From Octopus sinensis (taxonomy: Eukaryota), in contig NC_043005.1 of NCBI RefSeq assembly GCF_006345805.1, forward strand, positions 96,038,001-96,102,000: a stretch of 64,000 nucleotides of DNA, in the 5' to 3' direction. This document shows, one piece after another, positions 54,161-64,000 of the stretch; the stretch's first letter is position 1, and each line of letters opens with the position of its first letter. A program made the position numbers and the translations under genes. Under the pieces are notes generated by a model. The model made no database searches. It saw nothing but the letters and a program-made list of their open reading frames with translations, and was not told the DNA's origin.

Positions 54161-54714
54161 TCTATATATACAAAACTGAGAATGTGTGTCTGTCTGTCTG
54201 ACTGTAAATCCCTAACACTTGAGAACTACACAACCAATTTCATTCAAATTTTACACATGCCTCACTTAGGGTCCATGTAGTGTCATGGGTAAAAAAAATG
54301 TTCAACTTCTTGCCTACAGAGAGCCAATAGCAATATTATATCTTCTCCACTATTTCACTATTACATGTCAAAAGTGAAACAAAAACATCTCTCTATTGTA
54401 ATGTCACATGCTTTCACTTTAATACTTTCATTTTAATACTGACACTATTAAAGTGAAACTATTATATAACAGAGATGAACTGTAACTGGACATCCATTAT
54501 GCTAGAAGATCTACTATGGTCTTATATGCTACACCACTGGTTTTAAATACATATTAATCAAATTAATATTCAATTTTTCACCCTTATTATTTTAAATTCA
54601 AATTTACATGTATATATATATATATATATAGATGTATACATATAGATGTATATATCATGGGCTAAGAACTTTTGCCAAGAGCTTTGCACAGAACCTCCAA
54701 GGGCCAACAGCTAG
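54161..54714 (+). mobile_element. Non-autonomous Helitron-like element next to the ribozyme array
   Basis: 5' TCTATATATACAAAACTGAGAATGTGTGTCTGTCTGTCTG...; degenerate 3' ...GGGCCAACAGCTAG. Confidence 0.55.
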
Positions 54715-54805
54715 CCAATCATCAGACCTGTATTTGTATATGGAGATGAATTTATAAACCTGAAACATATACACATCATATTTACAGTAAAATAAAACAT
54801 TTTAC

Positions 54806-54933
54806 CTTCGTATTATATTCAAACTGTCTTTCAGATATGGCTCTTCACACAAAACTGTCATCATCTTCTCTTTGCACCCAACACCTCTGGAATCAACATC
54901 CACACAAACTGTCTTGTGTTGGACTAGATATGA
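54806..54933 (-). CDS. RWDD3: RWDD3 coding exon 4 (SYLVQHKTVCVDVDSRGVGCKEKMMTVLCEEPYLKDSLNIIR)
   Basis: Acceptor CTTCTTCAG|, donor AG|GTAAA, 128 nt, phase 0/2. VDVDS.G..CKEKM motif of RWDD3. Confidence 0.92.
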
Positions 54934-55073
54934 CTGAAGAAGATTGAAAACCAATTAAAAGCATTCAGTGAAGATTAAGTGTAAAGTAGCTTAATACTGC
55001 AGCATTTAATTACAGTCCTTTACATCCAGAGTTCCTTTCAATGAAGGGAGTGTAAAAATTGATAAAATATATT

Positions 55074-56190
55074 AGCTAACAAATACTGGGGTGTTATATC
55101 CTTTTCACTCATAAAATATATGAGCTAACAAATACTGGGGTGTTATATCCTTTTCACTGATAAAATATATGAGCTAACAAATACTGGGGTGTTATATCCT
55201 TTTCACTGATAAAATATATGAGCTAACAAATACTGGGGTGTTATATCCTTTTCACTGATAAAATATATGAGCTAACAAATACTGGGGTGTTATATCCTTT
55301 TCACTGATAAAATATATGAGCTAACAAATACTGGGGTGTTATATCCTTTTCACTGATAAACTATATGAGCTAACAAATACTGGGGTGTTATATCCTTTTC
55401 ACTGATAAAATATATGAGCTAACAAATACTGGGGTGTTATATCCTTTTCACTGATAAACTATATGAGCTAACAAATACTGGGGTGTTATATCCTTTTCAC
55501 TGATAAAATATATGAGCTAACAAATACTGGGGTGTTATATCCTTTTCACTGATAAACTATATGAGCTAACAAATACTGGATTGTTATATCCTTTTCACTG
55601 ATAAACTATATGAGCTAACAAATACTGGGGTGTTATATCCTTTTCACTGATAAACTATATGAGCTAACAAATACTGGGGTGTTATATCCTTTTCACTGAT
55701 AAAATATATGAGCTAACAAATACTGGGGTGTTATATCCTTTTCACTGATAAAATATATGAGCTAACAAATACTGGGGTGTTATATCCTTTTCACTGATAA
55801 AATATATGAGCTAACAAATACTGGATTGTTATATCCTTTTCACTGATAAACTATATGAGCTAACAAATACTGGGGTGTTATATCCTTTTCACTGATAAAA
55901 TATATGAGCTAACAAATACTGGATTGTTATATCCTTTTCACTGATAAACTATATGAGCTAACAAATACTGGATTGTTATATCCTTTTCACTGATAAACTA
56001 TATGAGCTAACAAATACTGGATTGTTATATCCTTTTCACTGATAAACTATACGAGCTAACAAATACTGGGGTGTTATATCCTTTTCACTGATAAACTATA
56101 TGAGCTAACAAATACTGGGGTGTTATATCCTTTTCACTGATAAACTATATGAGCTAACAAATACTGGGGTGTTATATCCTTTTCACTGAT
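55074..56190. repeat. 49-bp minisatellite, ~23 copies, in RWDD3 intron 3
   Basis: Unit GAGCTAACAAATACTGGGGTGTTATATCCTTTTCACTGATAAAATATAT; period 49 (e.g. 55122 and 55171); two recurrent variants. Confidence 0.95.
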
Positions 56191-56299
56191 GTATGGCTTT
56201 GTGCCAATCTCAGAAATCATTATTATAAATATTACATCAGAAGCAATTAACTACTGGTGATGATGATACATGAAGACATGATGTTATGTTAAAAATTAC

Positions 56300-56691
56300 C
56301 TTTAAATTGTTGTGTTCTCCAATAAGGAAAAGTAATATAGTCTTCTTAAAAAATATTAGTTGACCACTTAACTGGAAATCTCTGCACCATTTCTTGATAA
56401 ATTTAATATATTTTGCTTTAGCTCTCATATGGTCAATATGAATCAATAAGGTCCAATTTTGAACATCCTTAATTCCTGTTTGACTACCAATGTTCTGAGA
56501 TGTCAGAGACTTAGCTTTCAAGTTCTTGGTGTGTGATGATGGTGGTGGTGGCAATGGTGATGAAGACTGGGTATCTGTCACAGAGTTCTCCCTGTGTGTT
56601 GCAAGTTGGACACAGTCAGATGTGTTGGAAGAGTGTAAATCTTGTATAAGGTCTTTAGCATAATTTATCAAATCAAGCAATAATGGACTTC
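56300..56691 (-). CDS. RWDD3: RWDD3 coding exon 3 (LLIHIDHMRAKAKYIKFIKKWCRDFQLSGQLIF)
   Basis: Acceptor TTCCTGCAG|, donor AAG|GTAAT, 392 nt, phase 1/0. Closely resembles human RWDD3 [20 protein letters not shown] (from memory). Confidence 0.93.
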
Positions 56692-56750
56692 CTGCAGGAA
56701 AGGAAATAATGTATTAGTTAAGCCACCAAATACTCCTATTGTACATGCAA

Positions 56751-56788
<38 letters not shown>

Positions 56789-57471
56789 TATGGAAGCTAA
56801 ATCTAGTACTGAGAGATTTTAAGGTAAACTTAGCAAAGACAAACGTTTTGGATAGTAGGTAAAAACAGGATCCTGATATCTTCAAGGAAATGGCCCTGCT
56901 CTATATACAGAAAAGGAGTATGTATAAGCTCCATAAGCTGTACCCAATGTAAGCTAGACACACAAGCAGTGTAGTGTATTCCTAAACTAATAAAGTAAGC
57001 TTCATATGTGACAAATACACTGAAGTAGTAAATGTTATGAGCATAACGGATTCTCTTAAATGCTTGGATGGTTCAGTAAAATTTGAGAGCTCATGTTACT
57101 ATAGTAGCTAGTATAGTATAATAGCTAGAACAAGAACAGGTTGCAAAAAAATTCAGGGAGTTTCTACTGTTACTGACAACAAAGGTCTTTTCTCTCAGGG
57201 TGAAAGGTAGATTGTATGACACTTGTGTCAGAACTGTGATGCTGCATGGTAGCCTTGAATGCAGAGGACTTAAGAGGAAATAGAAAAGAAAAATGAAGCT
57301 AGCATGTTTCATTGAGAGTGCAGCATTAAGTGTGCATGAACAACGAAGTACAAATGTGCTGAGAGAAAAACTGAGGTGTAAGGAGAATCAGATGAAGTGT
57401 GCAACAAAGACAAAAGTGCTGCTATGAACAGGTGACGCAAATGGATGAGGACAGCTGCATAAAACCAATCA

Positions 57472-57920
57472 CTTAACCCATTCGTGCCAAAATTTTTGTA
57501 GTGAATGGAATTGCCTGAAAATTCACATATACTATTATTTTGACCTAAATAACAACTGAAAAAAATGTCACTGAAATCTGTGCTTGACTGGCCTCGTGCC
57601 GGTGGCACATAAAAGCACCCTCTACACTCTCGGAGTGGTTGGCATTAGGAAGGGCATCCAGCTGTAGAAACTCTGCCAGATCAAGATTGAAGTCTGGTGC
57701 AGCCATCTATTCGCCAGCCCTCAGTCATTCATCCAACCCATGCTAGCATGGAAAGCGGACATTAGACAATGATGATGATGATGATGATGCATACGCGTTA
57801 AGAACATGTTTCATTTTTTGATACAGATCATACACAAATCACAATTTGTATCAAGCATTTGTTTTATACCCTTATAAATTAAGGGTCAGTTTAAATGGAC
57901 AATCGGCATGAATGGGTTAT
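57472..57920. mobile_element. piggyBac-like (TTAA) MITE interrupted by an RTE 3' fragment
   Basis: TTAACCCATTCGTGCC at the left and GGCATGAATGGGTTA at the right; RTE tail at 57590-57790 lies inside. Confidence 0.45.
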
Positions 57921-58437
57921 GAGGATGGAACTTGTAGAAGACATGGGATGAAGTGATCACAGGACCTTGGACCTTGAAATTCTGGAAGCACAATGTGAAA
58001 ATGTGTGTGTGTGTGAGTGTTACTATCTCTTTGCCTTGACATCATATGATAGTTGTAAATGAGTGTCGCTATCATGCAGACACTGCTTGCCTGATGTACC
58101 CTTGTCTAGACACCTCACGATGATTGTAAATTGGCATCGCTGTCATACAAGGGAGATTGTTTCCAGTCTTCTGGGAAAAACATATCTAGTTATAGGAAAA
58201 TATCACCTTGCTTGGTGACAGGAAGGCCATCTGGTCATAGAAAATCTGCCCTAACAAATTCCATCTGACCCAAGCAAGTATAGAAAAATAAATTCTAAAA
58301 CAATGATGATGGTGGTGGCATTAAATACACGTTAAGTACATGCATCTGTCATTATATTGTCTATTTTTCAGTTTCTCTACACCACAAGTAAGAAATAAAC
58401 CATTATGCCGTACACAATAAAATAAAGTCAAACTTAC

Positions 58438-58635
58438 CAACATTACTATGAGCATACGTTTGTAGTTTGTCTCGGATATCATCACATTTTATGGAGTAAC
58501 TGGATACTTCGATTTGTGGGCAGCTTTCAGAAGGGTAGTCTTCAGAGAGACTGAAAACTAAAGTAACCTCGTGGCCCTCTACATGAGGGCACTGTTCTGA
58601 TATGATTACCTTCACATGTATTTTCTCCCCATCAC
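58438..58635 (-). CDS. RWDD3: RWDD3 coding exon 2 (RWD domain: VTLVFSLSEDYPSESCPQIEVSS)
   Basis: Acceptor TTTATTAG|GT, donor G|GTAAG, 198 nt, phase 1/1. RWD-domain YP..P motif; lies within ORF 58403-58651. Confidence 0.9.
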
Positions 58636-58849
58636 CTAATAAAGAAAACATATGATCTTATTGATATAAATATTCTTTAACTGGTTTCAGAAATTAGAGT
58701 TTAGCTTCACCTTTAATAATATAGTAGATGATTAAATTGATCCCAGAACCTAACAGGCACTTATTTTATTGACCTTGGAAGGATGAAAGCCAAAATTAAT
58801 CCTGGAGAGGATTTGAATTAAAAAAGACTAAGAATAAGAATAAACATAT

Positions 58850-58882
<33 letters not shown>

Positions 58883-60221
58883 CATGCATACATAGATACA
58901 TGTATGCTTACAGATACATCATCATCATCATCGTTTAACGTCCGTTTTCCATGCTAGGATGGGTTGGACAGTTCGACCGGGGTCTGGGAAGCCAGGAGGC
59001 TGCACCAGGCTCCAGTCTGATCTGGCAGTGTTTCTACAGCTGGATGCCCTTCCTAATGCCGACCACTCCGAGAGTGTAGTGGGTGTTTTTACGTGCCACC
59101 GGCCACAATCGGTTGGTGCTTTTTACGTGCCACCGGCACAGGTATCACAACTACAATTTCCATTATGTATATACACACATGCACACAAATTTCATAATTC
59201 TCTATCTGCATGGTACAAAACTCTAGAACCTTCACAAAATTATGATTGTATGCATACTCGTACATTATCATGAATATTTTATATATTTCTATAAAGGGTA
59301 AAGAGCTCCTTCAGTCATGAATAACCATGGGATTGCACCTAGAAAGTTCCCCTCCAACATGTCTAAGCAACGTTGTTTTTATGTAAGACCAGCAGTAGCC
59401 CATGTATATCAGTCTCCGCTCCCCATGCAACCAATGTTATCCAAGGGAAAGGCAAAGGGGCCGATACAGCTTGGCACCAGTGATGTCACAACTCATTTCT
59501 ACAGCTGAATGAACTGGAGCAACGTGAAATAGAGTGTCTTGCTCAAGAACACAACACACAGCCTGGTCTGGGAATTGAACTCACTACCTCATGATTGTGA
59601 GCCTAACACTAACCACTGAGCTATACGCCTTCACATATCGTCATAATCATCAAGTAACATCTTTTGTCCATGGGTCGGATGGTTTGACCAGGGATGGTAA
59701 GCTGAGGGGCTGCACCATACACTACTCTGATTTGGAATGGTTTCTAGGGCTGGATACCCTCCCTAATGCCAACCACTGTGAAAGTATAATGGGTGCTTTA
59801 ACATGCCACTGGCATGGATGCCAGTTGCATGACAACACTACCTACCACACACACACACACACACACACATTATTATATTGTATATCATACCTGTCACTTG
59901 TTTGATGATGATGCTCATTTGCAACCATCATGCAATATCAAGACAAGGGTACCCACAAACATACACACACATATAAGATAGGGTTCTTTAAGTTTCCATC
60001 AACCAAATCTGTTCACAAGGCTTTGGTCAACCTGAGGCAACAGTAGAAGATACTGGCCCAAGGTACTGCACAGTGGGACTGAATACAAGCCCATATGTTG
60101 GGAAGCAAGCCTTGTACCCACACATAACATTTATCCAAAGCCAAATCAGCATAAAGTGCTAGTTGAAATTTCTCATTTCCAGCACTCAATCACTCAAGAA
60201 TTATTTTAAATGGCAAATATC

Positions 60222-60602
60222 AGGCGCAGGAGTGACTGTGTGGTAAGTAGCTTGCTTACCAACCACATGGTTCTGGGTTCAGTCCCACTGCGTGGCACCT
60301 TGGGCAAGTGTCTTCTACTAAAGCCCCAGGCCGACCAAAGCCTTGTGAGTGGATTTGGTAGACGGAAACTGAAAGAAGCCCGTCGTATATATGTATATAT
60401 ATGTGTGTGTTTGTCCCCACAAAATTGCTTAACAACCGATGCTGGTGTGTTTACGTCCTCGTAACTTAGCGGTTCGGCAAAAGTGACCGATAGAATAAGT
60501 ACTAGGCTTACAAAGAATAAGTCCTGGGGTCGATTTGCTCGACTAAAGGCGGTGCTCCAGCATCGCCGCAGTCAAATGACTGAAACAAAAGAGTAAAGAG
60601 TA
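60222..60602 (+). mobile_element. tRNA-derived SINE, family A (internal TA/TG microsatellite)
   Basis: tRNA-like head GGCGCAGGAGTG.CTGTGTGGTAAG...GGTTCAGTCCC and tail AAAGAGTAAAGAGTAA. Other copies at ~895-1445 (+), 8634-9748 (-, split), 15893-16232 (+), 43860-44272 (-), 44733-44900 (+, head only). Confidence 0.85.
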
Positions 60603-62298
60603 AATCTGTGATATTTAGGAGTTCAAATCCTATTGGGTCAAATTAGCTTTGAATGTTTTGGAGCTGGATAAATTAACCATGTATTAATCAACCAATTTAG
60701 TATTGAAAACAAATCAACTACTAGCAACAAATGCCAATGTCAGAAACTATCGTTAGTTTTATTAGGACAGCTTAAGTTCAAATCTCATGAGCTTCAATGT
60801 TGATAAAATAAGTATTAGTTGAGAAATATTAGGGATCCAGTAAAATCAGCTGTACCATCCCCTAAAATCTGTGGCTTTCACTAGCTTCTATATTGTCTCC
60901 AGTGTTGATAAAATAAATAGAGATCAAAAAGTACTAAGGATCCAATAAGATCACCTGTTCCATCCCATAAAATATGCAACCTTGTGATCATGTTAGAAAT
61001 TATCACCATTATTGTTTTTGCAGCTGTTTGACCCTTGTCAGCCGATTTTTGGCCAAAAAAAACTTTTTTAATAAGCAAATTTGGGAGAAAATGCGGGGGG
61101 GGGGGGCGAAAAAGTTCAAAATTTTAAGGGGTGGGGGGGTTAATTTATTATTTTTTTTTGCATATTCATAATCCTCAACATATTAGAAGTAGGAATCCGG
61201 AAAATTTTTTCCAAAAAAATGCATTTTTCAAGGAGAGGTGCGAAACTGCATTAGCCCCAAATAATTTATGAATTCTTTTCTCTTCGGAAGTCCTCTCCCC
61301 ACCCCTTTGGGAAAAAAATTTTCTCCACAAATTTCTTTATAATCGTTTATGCCGTTTGAAAGGTATTTATATAAAATGTCACTAAAAGATATCCATTTTC
61401 CTAAAAGCTATGAGAGAAAAAATCGGATAATGTGAATTTTCCGAAAGTCCTCTCCCCACCACCACGGAAAAAGTTCCTCCCACAAATTTCTTTATAATCG
61501 CATTCTATCCGTTTGTAAGGTATATGGCCAGTATTTATATAAAATTTCATTAAAAGATATCCATTTTTCTAAAGATTATGAAGAAAATTAGGTAAAACCC
61601 ACAAGCTGGCCACCAGATCGATATCAGTGGTCAGTCGAATAAGGGTTCTTCTAGACGTGAAGGATTTCATGCGACAACTGCTTTACTTTGATAAATTTGA
61701 TCTGACACAACAGATTTCTTTTCCAAGGCACCGGTTCTTCGAGGTTTTTTTCCACCACCCATTACTCATAAATATCGGCGAAAGTTATATTCCATTACAT
61801 ATAATAATACGACAGTTTTCCACGTAGTTTCCATTTCCACCAAATTCTACTCAAAATGTATTGAGTAACCCCGAGGCCTTGATAAAGGACGCTTGTCCTA
61901 GGCGCGAACTCGAAATCAGGGGACTACGAAGCGAAGTTCTTAACCAAACTCTGGAACAGTAGGTAAAAGTTGGATTTTCTTTTGTTTACATGTTTCAATC
62001 TTATTGATGTGATATGTAAATCCCTTTTATTTCATATGGAAATCCTTTCCTTTCTTCAAGAGATAGCGAAAGCTATTTCAAAAACCCATCGAAATCCTTA
62101 TTTTATGCATAAATGAAATTATTTAAACACATTTACAAGGAAATGGTAATTGGCAGCGGAGTGAGGAAATTTATGAAAAGTATAAATATATAAACAACAA
62201 AAAATAACGAAAGCCTAATGCAGACAATAACTATCATGAAAATTATCTGAAACTTAGTTTTTTAAAAATTGAAAACCACAAAGATAACAAGACCGTAC

Positions 62299-62365
62299 GC
62301 CACTGAGTGAGTTCTCCTGGCAGACAGAATATTTCTGCTAAAACACTGAATTCGTCTTCGGCCAT
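62299..62365 (-). CDS. RWDD3: RWDD3 (RSUME) coding exon 1: MAEDEFSVLAEIFCLPGELTQW
   Basis: ATG at 62365; peptide resembles the vertebrate RWDD3 N-terminus (EELSVLAAIFC, from memory). Donor C|GTACGG is phase 1 and matches exon 2. Not in the ORF track because it is short. Confidence 0.8.
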
Positions 62366-63745
62366 GTTGTGAAGAAGGGGAGATAACCGGTTTTAATTCA
62401 TTCTTTGTTGAGATTTTACATTGAATTATTGATTACAACGCACAATAATACCTATTTCTTTACTGCCCACAAGGGGCTAAACACAGAAGGGGACAAACAA
62501 GGACAGACAAACGGATTATATCGACTCCAGTGCGTAACTAGTACTTAATTAATCGACCCCGAAAGGATGAAAGGCAAAGTCGATCTCGGCGGAATTTGAA
62601 CTCAGAACGTAGCGGCAGACAAAATACCGCACAATAATAACATTATTAAAAAAAAATTAACCGATGAACAGAATAGTTATTTTTTTTTAATATAAGAAGA
62701 GTTCATTAAGTTGAATAATTATTTTGCCGTGAATCTAATGTTTCAGGCAAGACTCTTAGATAAGGGAGAGATAGAAGGAATGTCCCTTCATTACAGCAAC
62801 ATAATCTTTATAATTCGTTTACGTCTCAGTACTCGACTAGTACTTATTTTATCGGCTCCGTAAAGGATGAAATGCCAAATGGCTGTCGGCGGAATTTGAA
62901 CTCAGAACGAAAAGAAATGTCAACTAAGCCTTTTTGATCGACATCCTAACGATTCAATCAGCTTGCCGAACTTTCTACTTTCCGACTCTCTTGTAGTTAG
63001 TAATCGACGGTGTAGATAACATAAAACTCTTGTTTTACTTTCATTTTCCCACAGCTAAGAGGCTACATTTATGAATGCATTTGTTTTGTAAATATGAAAA
63101 TAAGGAAGACTGAAGCTCAATAAAACTGTATAGGGTGTTGTTTTGAACTGTTTTCAGTGTTCTTATGTTACATGCATATGAGGGAAAATAGTGAAGTTGG
63201 ATGTTTATGCTCATGCAAGATTCTAAAGGACCAATTTAGTCGTTCACAATACAAGTTGTGAAGAAAGACTTGCATTTCCTATATCTATAACCTTTATAAA
63301 CTTTTTATGACCAATGATCACCAATTTCTTTACTATGTCTCTGACGCTGATAGCATTCTTTTCTTCTATAAAATTCCATGCACATCCTATAGGATGTTTT
63401 ATAACAGTATACTTGGCTTCCGAGGGATCCCAATGTTCTATGGGTAAAAAAAATCTGGGGTTCTGCGAGATAACGTACCATTTAGCAAAATCAAATTAAA
63501 AAATTTGAGTTTTTTTTTAACCAAATGCTATTCATCATTTTCAAAATAACGAGGGACAATTTGTATTACACCTGTCTCACTTTGAGGGTGAAATTTATGT
63601 TTTTTTCAATGGGTTTTGATTTGGTTTGAACTAATCTGACCTTCGAAACTTTAAAAATTATTCATTCTCTAGATAACCCGCTCCTTAAAATAAGTCGAAA
63701 GTAAATCGAAAAAATTTATCGGAAAGTTAACCATTTTCAGAGCCT

Positions 63746-63776
<31 letters not shown>

Positions 63777-63784
63777 GTATGTGC

Positions 63785-63816
<32 letters not shown>

Positions 63817-64000
63817 GATTGTATATATATGTATATATATGTGTGTGTGTGTATGTATATATATATGTATGTCAGGTCACTTTCAAGTGCTACTGGTAAC
63901 ATGTAACCCAATACAACCTGTTGCATGGTCGGGTAATCGGCGACTAAACCGGCAACCCCACCAAGCTTGCTTGGTGAGGAGTGTGTTTATTGGACACCCT

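Noticed and set aside
61000-61600. Internally duplicated (~150 bp x2) repeat fragment in RWDD3 intron 1
   Set aside because: Probably a non-autonomous TE remnant, but no termini could be defined.

Overview
AT-rich, microsatellite- and SINE-dense animal genomic DNA; the repeat families suggest an octopus or related cephalopod (inference). Two spliced genes can be assembled by hand on the minus strand with GT-AG introns and consistent phases: an ankyrin-repeat/SOCS-box gene (ASB1/ASB12-like, 4 coding exons, 36620->25644, 291 aa) and RWDD3/RSUME (5 coding exons, 62365->44329, 300 aa). The standout is in RWDD3 intron 4: a ~9.1 kb array (44916-54043) of 16 near-identical ~563-bp units. Each unit carries a complete type I hammerhead ribozyme motif on the + strand, antisense to the gene: CUGAUGA / stem II / GAAAC-GUAC-GUA cleavage site, plus an extended stem I. 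The array sits in a (TA)n tract and starts with a 188-bp inverted copy of part of its own unit, as expected of a Penelope-mobilised non-LTR retrozyme or pLTR multimer. Also present: dispersed hammerhead-like pLTR remnants, a Penelope GIY-YIG fragment, Tc1/mariner, hAT, Helitron, RTE, R4-like and RLE-type LINE fragments, MITEs, a 49-bp minisatellite and a 290-bp tandem duplication. Repeat boundaries were read by eye and are approximate unless motif coordinates are given. No gene could be confirmed in 1-25 kb.
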